The notes under the pieces were generated by a model that was not told where the DNA came from, did no database searches, and saw only the letters and a program-made list of their open reading frames with translations. A DNA stretch of 64,000 nt from a virus, in IMG/VR virus record IMGVR_UViG_3300021964_000016. One strand, written 5' to 3'. How positions within the stretch are numbered: position 1 is the stretch's first letter; every line of letters begins with the position of its first letter. Below, piece after piece: positions 9,136 to 19,808 of the stretch. The translations under genes were made by a program, and so were the position numbers.

Positions 9136-10532
9136 TACAATTTAAATCCCTCGATAGATATCTTCTTTCCTGCAGTCGTAGAGTCAAACACAGGTTTATC
9201 TTCCTCTACCGCAGTATCGTTCATTAAATCTTTCTCTGCATCTTCTACGTCATACAACTTCATCTTAGATCTATCCACGCCAATCACAAATCGCTTATGC
9301 ATGTTCGGATCGTTATATCGATTCTTGAGTTGTTTCACCATGATCTGATTTAATGTCTGTAACTCCTCGTTGCTTACCAGCGCAAGCATGAGATCAGCAG
9401 TCGCTGGCAATCCGAACGACTCACTGGTATCCTCTAGTCCAGGATCAGACGAACCATACCCTGCTCGAGTCGTCTGAGTTGCTGATACGATAGGCAGGTT
9501 GAACTCTACTGCTAATCCACGAAGTTCTTCGGCAATTGCCTTTACGAAAGTATACGAATTCACACTACCACCTACTGTCTTTACACGAGAACTCGTACAG
9601 ATGTTGAGGTAGTCAATGAACACGATATCAGGGACGAACTTCTTCTTAAGTTTCAACTCGTTCAGTAACGCACGAAAGTGACCTGCGTGTGCCTGTGACG
9701 TAGGGTACTCCTTTATGATGAGTTTACCATGCGTCTTCTCTGCGATACGATGCACCTTTTTAACGAACATCTCCTTCGAGAAAGTCGTTATCTGATCTAG
9801 TGCGGTATCCAGCAAATTAGCATCGATTCGCTCAGCAATTCGCTCCTCTGCCATTTCCATCGTGATATACAGGACGTTTTTTCCTTGAGCGAGGGCGGCA
9901 GAGGCACAGTGGCACATGAAGAGAGACTTACCCACGCCAGTACCCGCAAGGATAATATTCAAAGACTTATTTGGGAGTCCTCCCTTCGTAATCTTATTGA
10001 GGTAATCGAGGTCAAACGGGATGCGCTCCTCGACAGTGTGATAGAACTCATAACGACTTTCAGCGTTTTCAAGATAATCATGACCAATGTTAGTATCAAA
10101 TGTCACGGATAATGCTTTCGACAAAATGTCGGGGAGCGCATTCTTAGTGAGCGACTGGTGCTTTCCATCAATAATGGAAATAGACTCCATGACTGCATTA
10201 AACAACGCACGGTCTTGGCACCACTTCTCAGTGTTCTTTACTAACCAGTCAGAGTCAGTCGTGTTATCCTTCGCGAAGAGGTCAGGAAGAATATCCATGG
10301 CATGACTGAATATCTGCTCAGGAATGTTCGTATCACTCTCCTGTAGCGAGATACGGAAAGACTCTAGACTGGGAATAGAATTATATTGGGAGACGTATTT
10401 GGCAAACTCTTTGAACAAATGCTGATGCACACCTTCAAAATATGCTGGTTCCATGAAGGGGACAACCTTGCGCATATATCCTTCATCAGTGAAGAAATGG
10501 CGCAGAATCATGGTAGGCATATCAGACGACAA
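9135..10532 (-). CDS. 41: replicative DnaB-like helicase (T4 gp41)
   Basis: Walker A AGTGVGKS, IDYLNI, SATQTTR and QLKNRY; probable TTG start after GGAG. Confidence 0.95.
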   Translation of the reverse strand: MSSDMPTMILRHFFTDEGYMRKVVPFMEPAYFEGVHQHLFKEFAKYVSQYNSIPSLESFRISLQESDTNIPEQIFSHAMDILPDLFAKDNTTDSDWLVKNTEKWCQDRALFNAVMESISIIDGKHQSLTKNALPDILSKALSVTFDTNIGHDYLENAESRYEFYHTVEERIPFDLDYLNKITKGGLPNKSLNIILAGTGVGKSLFMCHCASAALAQGKNVLYITMEMAEERIAERIDANLLDTALDQITTFSKEMFVKKVHRIAEKTHGKLIIKEYPTSQAHAGHFRALLNELKLKKKFVPDIVFIDYLNICTSSRVKTVGGSVNSYTFVKAIAEELRGLAVEFNLPIVSATQTTRAGYGSSDPGLEDTSESFGLPATADLMLALVSNEELQTLNQIMVKQLKNRYNDPNMHKRFVIGVDRSKMKLYDVEDAEKDLMNDTAVEEDKPVFDSTTAGKKISIEGFKL

Positions 10533-10914
10533 TTTGTTCTCCTGTTTTTTTATCAAGATAGATTTGCCCTTCAGTACCATGTATAGTCTCAATGACCTCT
10601 ACCAGTATTGAAGAGAAATAATTCGCTAGTTCTACATCAACCAGATCTTTTCCATCAAAAGAATCTGGGATGAACACAACCTCATAAGTGAATTCAAGTT
10701 CGGAATTCTCAGCGAGTTCAATTTTGGGGAATCGTACAACCCAATCTTTATACTCACCCTTTGTTATGACTACTGCCCATGCTTCTTCGTTATCAGGATC
10801 TAGTGGATCTTCAGTGATAATGAAGTCATCCATTTCGGTGACATCGTGGACAATTACATCTTCTTCATGAAGATGAATATCACCAAGATCTAGTCCTACA
10901 TCGCTATCTTTCAT
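10522..10914 (-). CDS. acidic hypothetical protein in the gp40 position
   Basis: lies between uvsX and gene 41 as gp40 does in T4; homology not confirmed. Confidence 0.55.
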   Translation of the reverse strand: MKDSDVGLDLGDIHLHEEDVIVHDVTEMDDFIITEDPLDPDNEEAWAVVITKGEYKDWVVRFPKIELAENSELEFTYEVVFIPDSFDGKDLVDVELANYFSSILVEVIETIHGTEGQIYLDKKTGEQIVV

Positions 10915-11954
10915 GCTTCTTCAAGTTCCATCTCTAGTTCAGAGATTTCGCCACCGATTTGAAATGATTTACGGACGAAATCTTTGAAGTCGGTATTCTC
11001 AAAGATAGGGTTCCAGAACTCAGCACTGCGAGTATCTTTCTCTCGGACCTTTGTGGTCATTTCACCCGTATCTTTGTTGACCGTGGCATACCAACCGTTG
11101 GAAGGTTTGACGACATATCCACCAGCAAGTGCGACATCGAGCAAACCAGAGTACTGCTCAACACCACCGTCCCAAGAAACCGAGACAGGGACTTTAGACT
11201 TTTCACGTACATATCGAGATTTCTCAACGTTGATAATAAAATCGTATCCAGTGACTTCAGTGCCAGTTTTATTCTGACGCCGACCAAGAATCCAGACATT
11301 ATCAGCAGAGTACATGATACCAGTACCGCCTGAGACGATGTCTTTCGGGAACATGCCAATCTCTTTGTAAGTGTGATTGACGGCGAGCATAGGGATATTC
11401 TTCATACGCAGATAAGGAGTTGCCATACGGAATAAACCTTTCAATGCTTTCGCACGAGACATATCAGCGACTGCCTTTTCGTTCAAAGCATCTTCAAGTT
11501 CTTTCTTTGAAGCAAGATTACCGATAGAATCAATCACAATAATAACTTCGTCCTTGGCATCCAATTCCTCGAGTTGAGAGATCAGATCAAACTTCAACTC
11601 CTCGACGTTCGTGATAGGAGCATGAAGCACTCGCTCAGTATCAATACCAAAAGTCTCAAAGTATGATTGAGGCGAACCAAACTCAGAGTCATAGAACAAT
11701 ACGACTGCTTCAGGATGAGCACGTTGATATGCTGCTGCCATAAGCAAAGCGAACGAAGTCTTGAAGTGCTTCGAAGGACCAGCAAGGACAGTCAGGCCAG
11801 AGGCAAGACCACCATCAACATCTCCAGATAGAGCAACGTTGACCATTGGTACACCAGTGTCAACTAGTTTCTGGTCGACGAAGAACTTAGATGAAGACAG
11901 CTCTGATGCTGCCTTGATCTTGCTGTTCTTCTTTAATTTGTCCATGATGCTCAT
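10911..11954 (-). CDS. uvsX: RecA-like recombinase UvsX
   Basis: AGPSKHFKT, YDSEFG, DSIGNLASKKE and SGGTG. Confidence 0.95.
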   Translation of the reverse strand: MSIMDKLKKNSKIKAASELSSSKFFVDQKLVDTGVPMVNVALSGDVDGGLASGLTVLAGPSKHFKTSFALLMAAAYQRAHPEAVVLFYDSEFGSPQSYFETFGIDTERVLHAPITNVEELKFDLISQLEELDAKDEVIIVIDSIGNLASKKELEDALNEKAVADMSRAKALKGLFRMATPYLRMKNIPMLAVNHTYKEIGMFPKDIVSGGTGIMYSADNVWILGRRQNKTGTEVTGYDFIINVEKSRYVREKSKVPVSVSWDGGVEQYSGLLDVALAGGYVVKPSNGWYATVNKDTGEMTTKVREKDTRSAEFWNPIFENTDFKDFVRKSFQIGGEISELEMELEEA

Positions 11955-12934
11955 GCTGCATCCTCCTCTTTATCTTCAATTTCTTCGATATCCCTTTTGC
12001 CAAAAGTAATCTTTTGTTCTACTTCACGGGAATCCAAATCATACTCTTTACGATAAGCATTATTGATCTCAAGAACTGCATCAATGATCTTCATCTTATC
12101 GCTATACGCATTGAATGCTGCCATATCTTTGGGGAAACAAGCACCACCAAAACCTCTCTTGCCATCAGGACCAGGGACTCTCCAATGACTCGCACCTATC
12201 CTTGGTTCTGCTGATACGGTTCTAGCGACAACAGTAGGATTTGTGCTATACAATTCATCTTTACATGCATCATAAAGATTATTAAAGAAAGTCACCTTCA
12301 TCGCTAAGAAACAATTGATAGCATATTTTACAAAAGATGCCTCAGAAGGAGTAACGATGTGAATACCGCCATCGTCTTCAGTGTTCTTTGGGAGGCGCAT
12401 GAAAGTGTTGAAGTGGAAGAACTCAAGCAACTGGTTACAAGAGGATGGAACACCACCAAGAACCATATATTTGGGGTTAGAATATTCTTCATCTGCATTG
12501 CGTTCAGTAAGAAATTCAGGGGCATAGACGAAACGACACTCTGCTCGTTCAGGTGCAATCGCTCTACAGATTTTATCAATAACATCTGGCGTGACAGTAG
12601 ACTTCAAAACAACTGCTGATTTGCTTCGGCGGATCAGTTTGAGAATAGCATCAACGGTTACAGCAGCATCGATACGCCCACCCCCACCGACAGGAGTCGG
12701 GGTACAGACAAAGGTTATTGCTGGTTCTTGTTCAATCAATTGATCAATATCAGTTCCATAGTTGGGGTCAACCAAGAACCTCTCAACTTCTGGTAAGAAT
12801 GAACGTTCAACTGCTTTACCGACAAACCCATGACCAACAACTCCAACAAGGGGTTTATCTCCTTTGCCGTATTCAGGGTCAGACGGGAAAAAATCTGTAG
12901 GGTAATCGTTTTGAGGGATATTTTCGTCAGACAT
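11951..12934 (-). CDS. UDP-glucose/GDP-mannose 6-dehydrogenase family protein (lacks the C-terminal domain)
   Basis: GHGFVG Rossmann motif, CTPTP, KSTV, PEFL and catalytic GFGGACFPKD. Confidence 0.88.
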   Translation of the reverse strand: MSDENIPQNDYPTDFFPSDPEYGKGDKPLVGVVGHGFVGKAVERSFLPEVERFLVDPNYGTDIDQLIEQEPAITFVCTPTPVGGGGRIDAAVTVDAILKLIRRSKSAVVLKSTVTPDVIDKICRAIAPERAECRFVYAPEFLTERNADEEYSNPKYMVLGGVPSSCNQLLEFFHFNTFMRLPKNTEDDGGIHIVTPSEASFVKYAINCFLAMKVTFFNNLYDACKDELYSTNPTVVARTVSAEPRIGASHWRVPGPDGKRGFGGACFPKDMAAFNAYSDKMKIIDAVLEINNAYRKEYDLDSREVEQKITFGKRDIEEIEDKEEDAA

Positions 12935-12960
12935 AGTGTTTCTCCATAATAAGAATACTA

Positions 12961-12989
12961 ATTTTATATGAAATAGATTGAAATGTCAA
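12961..12989 (-). promoter_or_regulatory. sigma70-like promoter
   Basis: TTGACA-N17-TAAAAT. Confidence 0.65.
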
Positions 12990-12992
12990 GTA

Positions 12993-13640
12993 TTATTTTT
13001 TCCAGATGAAAGTGCAATCGTAACTAGAGAGGCGATTGGTTATATTATTCTTATCCCTAAATTTAAACACAGCACTACTAGTTTCGGGCATATGCCAATC
13101 ATGACCGATGACTAATCCTCCAGTTTTTATTTTAGGATACCAAGCAGATAATTCAAAAAAGAGTTGCTCTTCTGTCAAATGAGCATCAAAGAAAACAAAG
13201 TCAAAGTATTCGTCTTCATACTCACTCGCTGCTTCTACAGTGTCCATTTGTAAGACTTCTGCGCGATGAGACTCGCCACAATAATTGATATAATTTATTG
13301 CTGTGTTGTAGATAAATTCTATTTGTTTCAAATCTCTCTTGAACTTATCATTACCACCTAGACAATCTTGATAGGGTTCCCAGATATCTACGCCAACCAA
13401 TTTCTTGACATTTTTACATACCTGAAGAATAGTACAAAAACTCTCTGCCTGATAAAGACCGAGTTCGGCACCAATTAAATCTTCGCCATGAACAGATATC
13501 GCCATAAGAGCAGCACGGACGTCAGGATATGTATTATAAAAATTATATGGTTCTTCGTTTGGTTGATTTTTTGGTAGCATCGCATCAGGACTTCTTCTCT
13601 TCACCCAATCAGTATCGGACCATTTGTATTTAAGCGGCAT
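12993..13640 (-). CDS. class I SAM-dependent methyltransferase (Methyltransf_24-like)
   Basis: GAELGLY, FDFVFFDAH and GGLVIGHD. Confidence 0.82.
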   Translation of the reverse strand: MPLKYKWSDTDWVKRRSPDAMLPKNQPNEEPYNFYNTYPDVRAALMAISVHGEDLIGAELGLYQAESFCTILQVCKNVKKLVGVDIWEPYQDCLGGNDKFKRDLKQIEFIYNTAINYINYCGESHRAEVLQMDTVEAASEYEDEYFDFVFFDAHLTEEQLFFELSAWYPKIKTGGLVIGHDWHMPETSSAVFKFRDKNNITNRLSSYDCTFIWKK

Positions 13641-14569
13641 TATATTTCCTCAATAAAACTATTAGCATATGCCCATTGCAGAGCACCATTCGCCTCTTTA
13701 TGTAGTGGACGGTTTTCGTACCAGTTACCTGTCTCTCTGTCAAGTTCTTTACAAAGATTGGTAATTTGATCTGCTGTTATTGGATACTTTGCCTTCACAG
13801 CATTACAAGCAGTCGCTACCATAATCCTATACATTTGATGGTACCAACCAGTCTCTGAAACTGATTTGTAATCGTCTGCCATTTTGTTCGGGAAGAAAGG
13901 GCAATCGCGATAACCAGACCAAGTTACGTTTGTATTGTCAAGAGAATTTTTACGATATTCTAAAACGGACTCTCGCATCTCTTCACTCAAATTATCAAGG
14001 AAGCTGTTACCAGTCTTTTCCTGATATGGGTGCTCGCGCATCAAACTGTCAACAGAAATTGGTTCGCCAGTCCTAGTATAGAAAAAATTAAAAGCATCAA
14101 CGTAATCCGCTGGGATGTAATACATTCGCGAACTGTCTTTTGTCTGTGCGTCTCCAAGATCGCCAATGGATTTATTAAGAGCAAACCAGAATTTTTTGAT
14201 TTCTTCTTTTCCAACTGCTCTATCGAGATCAAAGACAATTCTGAATTTAATTTTCTCAGGTGTAGATGAAGCAGTAGAGTAAACCACAATGTTATTATTT
14301 GCAAAACGATCAAGTACATCTTTTATGTCCCCCTCATAATCGTCAACATCGACGCATGCCCAATTTGCCCAGCATTCAACATTTTTATTAGCACGTGTAG
14401 TTCCTTCTTTGTAGACTGCTGGACTGATCAGTTGCGCGTCTTTCTTTCCTGATAGGGAAACTTTACTCAATTTTTCTAGCAATGAGACAAGACCTTCCCA
14501 ATCGGGAAAGTCCATCTTTCTGTGCGTTTTATTGTCGAACGCATTACGAAAAATTGTCAGGGAATACAT
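13640..14569 (-). CDS. archaeo-eukaryotic-type primase/primase-polymerase
   Basis: VDVDD acidic motif, YSTASS...KFRIVF, D..TKDSSRMYYIP and a helical C-terminal domain; coupled to gp43. Confidence 0.7.
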   Translation of the reverse strand: MYSLTIFRNAFDNKTHRKMDFPDWEGLVSLLEKLSKVSLSGKKDAQLISPAVYKEGTTRANKNVECWANWACVDVDDYEGDIKDVLDRFANNNIVVYSTASSTPEKIKFRIVFDLDRAVGKEEIKKFWFALNKSIGDLGDAQTKDSSRMYYIPADYVDAFNFFYTRTGEPISVDSLMREHPYQEKTGNSFLDNLSEEMRESVLEYRKNSLDNTNVTWSGYRDCPFFPNKMADDYKSVSETGWYHQMYRIMVATACNAVKAKYPITADQITNLCKELDRETGNWYENRPLHKEANGALQWAYANSFIEEI

Positions 14570-17088
14570 TACCCAAAAAAGTCCTCAAGCGAGATGACTT
14601 CCTCCTCTGTCCAACCGATCGCCTCCAGGACTGGGCGAACAACGGCGAGAAATGCCTTCTCAAATTGTGTATCATAATCAATATATTTGTGCAATCCAAA
14701 CTCTTTCGGAAGGAAATCATAGAATGCTATCACATTTTCCTTCATAGGGTTCTTCTTGTCAAGATAGAGGAATTTAATCTTCTCACCATCTTTGATAGTA
14801 TTATACCTTTTTTCTAATCCATTGTCAAGTAGTAATTTGTTGTATAATAGAGAACCACGCACGTGTATTGGGCAACCCTTTTTGTACACCGTATTACGGT
14901 CGCGCCATTTTCCTATGTCTGATACACCGCGAGGGAATGCTACCTCATGTGGCGCGAGACTCTTGAAGTGAGTCTTGAACAACTGGATGGCATCCTGAGT
15001 CTGCTTCTCAGTGCCAGTGATCATCACCTTGAACAGACCCTTCAGTGCATCACGACAAGAGGCAGGAGTAGACGACTTGACTGCCTCGATACCCATGATC
15101 TTCAACTTAGGTTTGGCATACTGAACACCCTCGTTGTTGTGCACGTTGAGGATGTATCGCTTCTTGGCAGTCCAGATACCAGCATCGGCGATTGCCTCAC
15201 GACCCATCACCATCTTGTTGGCGTATGCGTTCATGTAGTTGGCAAGGTCAGCGTATGATTTATCGAACAAAGGTTCAAACTTATCTTCGCCAATCTGTGA
15301 CAGCACCTGTACCGTCTTGTCGGTGTCCGTCAGTCCCATCTTCTCAACGAGTGGACCGAAGTTTACATACACCGAGTCAGTGTCAATCGCGATAACATAG
15401 TCGAAGTCTTCAGTACCAACGATCTTGTTCATGTACTGGTTCACTGCCTTTTCTGCCCAGCGGATGGACAACTGACCAGACATGGTGATTGCCTCTGCCA
15501 TGCGAATATCATAGTAGCGGAACCAACGATTACCGAGCGCACCATAGAGTGAGTTCATCATAATCTTAATCGCCATCTGCTGAGTGTCGAGTTTCGTTAT
15601 CTCTTTCTCAGCACCAGCAACACCCTTCTCAACCTGAGATTGTGCGCCAAGCATGTTCTTTTTGATCTGTTTTCTTTCAGAATACAAACCATCAATGATA
15701 GAGGGGAGAACACCACGTTCGTCTTTGCTGAAGTGAACACCATTGGCGGCGATACAATCCGTTGGGGATTTAGAATCGGGACGAGTTTTATCAAGGCAGT
15801 TGTCTACAGTAACACCAGAGGTTCGAGTTGAAACGATAGTCTCAGGGGACATATTGAACTGCATGATTAAGTGAGGATACAGAGAGTTCAAGTCAAAAGA
15901 AACAACCCAAGAGTGGCGACCAATTTGTGGTGTCTTTACAAACCCACCACCGAAGTCGACCTTACCATGATCCATTTTGGGAGGGACAACAATCTTACGA
16001 CTACAAAGTTCGCGATAAATGTAGGTGTCCCAGAGTTGCGTAGTACCAAATGCTTCCTGATAGTTACAACCACCCTTGTAGGCAATGGTCATGGCGAGAT
16101 CAATCAGACCCATCTTCTCGTCGATACGTTCTACTAGCAAAACGTCTTTGATGTTATAGTCAATAAACTTCTGATAGTCTTCTTTGTACAGGGTGTATAA
16201 ATTACCATGTTCTTCATAGGAAAGTTTCTTCTCTCCGAGAACGACGTTAGAAATATGGTCAAGTTTGTATGACTCTTGTACTCCATAAGAATAAACACCA
16301 AACTTCTGAAACAGGTCCCAGTAATCCAACTGCTCAATTCCCACGATATCGTAGACTTGTTGAGTTCTACCCTGTAAACTGACTTGCTTTTCCCGAACCA
16401 TGTTCCACGGAGACATTTTTTTGGAAGTATCAACGCCAATCAGTCGGTTAGTTCGGTTGATAAGATAGGGCAGGTCAAACATACGCACGTTCCAACCTGT
16501 AACCACGTCCGGACAAGTATCCCTATGATTCCAAAACTGAATAAACTTTAATAGAAGATCAAGTTCACCGTCACACTTGATGAAAATAATGTCCTCTGGA
16601 TTAATATCCAATTCAGTCTTAGATGGTTCGTATTTCTCTTCAAGTGCCCAGATATAAACTGTCTTTATCCCAAAATACTTCAGACAAATAGATTGAACCT
16701 CAGCATCAGCACGTTCTGGTTCAGGAAATCCATCATCAGAAGCAACCTCGATATCGATATTCGCTATCTTGATTACAGAAGAATCGTATTGTATGTCTTT
16801 TGGATAGTTCTTTTGTATATACTGTGCGGCGAAGTTGGTATTACCATGTGCTTCTAAAGAGTCAACATTTTCATATCGCTTCGCGAAATCAGTCGCCTCA
16901 GACATACTGTCAAAAACCATAGGTTCTACACAACGACCATCAAGAGTTCGCCACTCGCAATCAGTTTTACGAGAGGTCAAGTACATGACGGGATTGAAGG
17001 AGTCTCTGAATTGCTCTCGGATACCATCCTTGTATCCTCGATAACAAATGCTATTACCGATGCGGGAAATATTAGTATAAAATCTCAT
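14569..17088 (-). CDS. 43: family B DNA polymerase (T4 gp43)
   Basis: DIEV exonuclease motif, SFDLNSLYP, KIMMNSLYG and DTDS; C-terminal SLEDFFG. Confidence 0.97.
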   Translation of the reverse strand: MRFYTNISRIGNSICYRGYKDGIREQFRDSFNPVMYLTSRKTDCEWRTLDGRCVEPMVFDSMSEATDFAKRYENVDSLEAHGNTNFAAQYIQKNYPKDIQYDSSVIKIANIDIEVASDDGFPEPERADAEVQSICLKYFGIKTVYIWALEEKYEPSKTELDINPEDIIFIKCDGELDLLLKFIQFWNHRDTCPDVVTGWNVRMFDLPYLINRTNRLIGVDTSKKMSPWNMVREKQVSLQGRTQQVYDIVGIEQLDYWDLFQKFGVYSYGVQESYKLDHISNVVLGEKKLSYEEHGNLYTLYKEDYQKFIDYNIKDVLLVERIDEKMGLIDLAMTIAYKGGCNYQEAFGTTQLWDTYIYRELCSRKIVVPPKMDHGKVDFGGGFVKTPQIGRHSWVVSFDLNSLYPHLIMQFNMSPETIVSTRTSGVTVDNCLDKTRPDSKSPTDCIAANGVHFSKDERGVLPSIIDGLYSERKQIKKNMLGAQSQVEKGVAGAEKEITKLDTQQMAIKIMMNSLYGALGNRWFRYYDIRMAEAITMSGQLSIRWAEKAVNQYMNKIVGTEDFDYVIAIDTDSVYVNFGPLVEKMGLTDTDKTVQVLSQIGEDKFEPLFDKSYADLANYMNAYANKMVMGREAIADAGIWTAKKRYILNVHNNEGVQYAKPKLKIMGIEAVKSSTPASCRDALKGLFKVMITGTEKQTQDAIQLFKTHFKSLAPHEVAFPRGVSDIGKWRDRNTVYKKGCPIHVRGSLLYNKLLLDNGLEKRYNTIKDGEKIKFLYLDKKNPMKENVIAFYDFLPKEFGLHKYIDYDTQFEKAFLAVVRPVLEAIGWTEEEVISLEDFFG

Positions 17089-17101
17089 AGACTATATTCT
17101 A

Positions 17102-17932
17102 CTATATTTCTTCTGGTTTGTCAATAAAAACAAAGTCCCTTTTCCAAAGATAACCAGATTTTCCGTCATAATCTATATCATGAGAGTGATTAGTAGATTC
17201 TGGGTCGTACTTCATTACATTTGTATTTTCTAAAGTGTTGAACATAAATTGTTTGCAAGCAGGTTCAAATAGATGCCCCTTTGCGCATTGAGCATGGAAC
17301 ATACTATCTGTGGAAAAACAAGTTTTGTCTATATCATATTCGCTCTTTGTAGGGACCAACCAACTTGTTTTTTCTTCCCAACCAAGGTAAGGAGACCTAT
17401 TCAGAACGCCATATGGACCAGACAATCTGTCTAGTGGGGTTTCCCCTAAAGGAAAATTATCTAATGTATGTACCATCCATTTGGCAATTCTTTCGCTCAA
17501 TCCATAGAACTCCATACAGGCACCTGGGATAAAAACGTCTATTTGCTCCCAGAATAAATCCACCATTTCCCTGAAGGAATCTTCGTTCACCAGAGCAGCA
17601 TCATGCTCCATTATTGCTATTGGTTCTCCGTTGGCAATTCTTTTTATCAGTTGATATTGAGAATACATTATTGCCTGATATAAAGGACTATCACAGAAAC
17701 TCCCTCCAAAGTACCTTGCTCTGAGGAAATCGTTGGGGTCGTTTCTGTCGACATATGCGGGGATAGGTTCCTCGTTTTCTTGGAACCTTATGGGCAGGGT
17801 TTCTGGAGTAGTGCATTGTACTGGAGTTATTTTTACTAAGTCGTCTACACGAGAGAACGACTCCAGCGATAAGTTCATATATTGCAAAGAAAGTGGATTA
17901 TTAAAATCCACAAGCATGTAAGCATCAATCAT
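17102..17932 (-). CDS. putative glycosyltransferase (GT25-like)
   Basis: S...L.K.I...PIAIMEHDA pattern resembles GT25 enzymes. Confidence 0.5.
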   Translation of the reverse strand: MIDAYMLVDFNNPLSLQYMNLSLESFSRVDDLVKITPVQCTTPETLPIRFQENEEPIPAYVDRNDPNDFLRARYFGGSFCDSPLYQAIMYSQYQLIKRIANGEPIAIMEHDAALVNEDSFREMVDLFWEQIDVFIPGACMEFYGLSERIAKWMVHTLDNFPLGETPLDRLSGPYGVLNRSPYLGWEEKTSWLVPTKSEYDIDKTCFSTDSMFHAQCAKGHLFEPACKQFMFNTLENTNVMKYDPESTNHSHDIDYDGKSGYLWKRDFVFIDKPEEI

Positions 17933-17935
17933 ATA

Positions 17936-18349
17936 TTAACTGGCGGGTTTATTTCCTATGTTATATTTTTGACATAGTTCCCACTCATCCTTTTCACGAA
18001 ACGAAACAATTTTGATCTGTCGAAGTGGTGCCTTTTCTTTAACCCTAGAAGGGTCTACTATGTTAACAAGTCCCCAATCACTGAGGAGAACTGTGATGGT
18101 ATTTCTCCTCTGTAAATCAGATTCTTCTAAGTTGGACTTCTTGCCGTCTAAAAGGAACAGTTCTTTGAAGTGTACTATGAAGTACCTTCCTTGCTTATGA
18201 AGGATATGGCAAGATTGAAATAGTTTTTTGTCTTTACGAGAGGCAATGCCGATTCTCGTTAGAGTTTCTCTTACTTTGAGAAAGTCATCGGGTTCATTAA
18301 GGGTCACTTCAAGCATATCTTGCGGAGACCAGTACACAGCGTCATACAT
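17936..18349 (-). CDS. regA: translational repressor RegA
   Basis: FLKVRETLTRIGIAS and QSCHILHKQGRYFIVHFKELF. Confidence 0.96.
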   Translation of the reverse strand: MYDAVYWSPQDMLEVTLNEPDDFLKVRETLTRIGIASRKDKKLFQSCHILHKQGRYFIVHFKELFLLDGKKSNLEESDLQRRNTITVLLSDWGLVNIVDPSRVKEKAPLRQIKIVSFREKDEWELCQKYNIGNKPAS

Positions 18350-18430
18350 ATTTTTAGATCCAAGTCAAATTATAGTTATTATTGTCATGACGAACAATAC
18401 ATTAAGTATTATTTAGGAAAAATGCGTCCC

Positions 18431-18805
18431 TCAAATACCACCCTTGGACAACTTGCTCCGCATATAATCTAACTGTTCCGGACTAATGAGGTCAGAAACT
18501 GACTCTGCTTTGGCATCACTATAACCATAATACTCTTTTATGACGTCAATCTTTTCTACCTTTTCTTTCTTCGCCCATTTACTGAATCTCTTCCTTTTGC
18601 GAACGATTCCGCGAAGAAAGTCATACTGCAACTTCCCGTCAAGGTGGTGATTTCGGTTCATTTCATTTGCTAACAAAACAGTATCTTGGAAATAAGATAG
18701 TCCACGATTGACTAGGAATGCGTTGTATCCTTTCTCAGTCTCATCATCTACTATCAGGTCTTGCTTGTTATAGGTAATACTGTTCAAAAAATCAAAGGGA
18801 TTCAT
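18431..18805 (-). CDS. 62: clamp loader small subunit (gp62)
   Basis: YNAFLVNRGLS, ANEMN, RKRKRFSKW and YYGYS. Confidence 0.92.
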   Translation of the reverse strand: MNPFDFLNSITYNKQDLIVDDETEKGYNAFLVNRGLSYFQDTVLLANEMNRNHHLDGKLQYDFLRGIVRKRKRFSKWAKKEKVEKIDVIKEYYGYSDAKAESVSDLISPEQLDYMRSKLSKGGI

Positions 18806-18807
18806 AA

Positions 18808-19536
18808 TCAATCTTCCAGTATATGATGCTTTGGTTCCCAACCATATTGCAACAAAATGGTCGGATTAGCGCAAGTGTCTGCTCTCTCGCCAGTAACTTC
18901 TTTGATGGGAAGGTTATTATCTGGCCAAACTTTATTCGCCATATCCACTACTGTTACTGGTTGCCCGTTGCCCACATCTATCGCGCGATACTCTTTCATG
19001 TCGTGAAAATTCTTTAGGCATACATCTATCGCGGAACAAATATCATCAACATGAGTCCAGTCTCGAGTATGATCCGTTAGGTAACTCACTTTTTTATTCA
19101 ATAGCATATCGTACAGCATGTCAACTCGACTGTTAGGACCATAGACAGTATGAAACCTCAAACCCAAAGTATTTCTTGGGGCGATGTATTCCATGAACCA
19201 CTTTGTACTCGCATACGGGGACAACCACCATTCGTAAACTGATGAAGAAGAAGCATACAGAACTGGGATTCTGGCGTCCTCACATTGCCTAAAAATTTTT
19301 TGAGATGCCACCACGTTCACGTCCCAATACAACTCTGGTTCTTCGTGCGACCTCCTCACTCCTGCCATAGCAGCAAGATGAAGTACCATATCGAAACCAT
19401 CAAACATGCTAATTTCAAAGTCTCTGATATCGCCTTCATATTCAGTGATATCATAAACATCACTATAGAGTTCTAAGAAACGACTAGCAATGAAACCTTT
19501 ACGGTATCCTCTTGTTCCAGTAAGTAATAATTTCAT
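18808..19536 (-). CDS. NAD-dependent nucleotide-sugar epimerase/dehydratase
   Basis: LLTG...GFI, HLAA, ASSSSVY, YASTK (YxxxK) and RFHTVYGP. Confidence 0.9.
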   Translation of the reverse strand: MKLLLTGTRGYRKGFIASRFLELYSDVYDITEYEGDIRDFEISMFDGFDMVLHLAAMAGVRRSHEEPELYWDVNVVASQKIFRQCEDARIPVLYASSSSVYEWWLSPYASTKWFMEYIAPRNTLGLRFHTVYGPNSRVDMLYDMLLNKKVSYLTDHTRDWTHVDDICSAIDVCLKNFHDMKEYRAIDVGNGQPVTVVDMANKVWPDNNLPIKEVTGERADTCANPTILLQYGWEPKHHILED

Positions 19537-19808
19537 CAGTGTATTGTATCCGATCCTCTGGGTTCGCTAAGAACAAACTCTACATCTTTGTAGATTGAGT
19601 ATACTAGACTCCCCCCATAAAATTCTTTGATCGCAGTCAACTCTTTCATGGTGAAATCAGAAAACTCTTTCACGCAAGTTTTGTTTAATTCAATCATCAA
19701 CCTGTACATTTTCTTTGAAAGGGTGGTGGTGAACTCTTCGTCCAAATCATCCCAATCCATCATTATCTCCATGGATTCTATCGTGTTCATAGAGCGCAAG
19801 AAACCCAT
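19536..19808 (-). CDS. hypothetical protein
   Basis: coupled ORF; start uncertain. Confidence 0.45.
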   Translation of the reverse strand: MGFLRSMNTIESMEIMMDWDDLDEEFTTTLSKKMYRLMIELNKTCVKEFSDFTMKELTAIKEFYGGSLVYSIYKDVEFVLSEPRGSDTIH

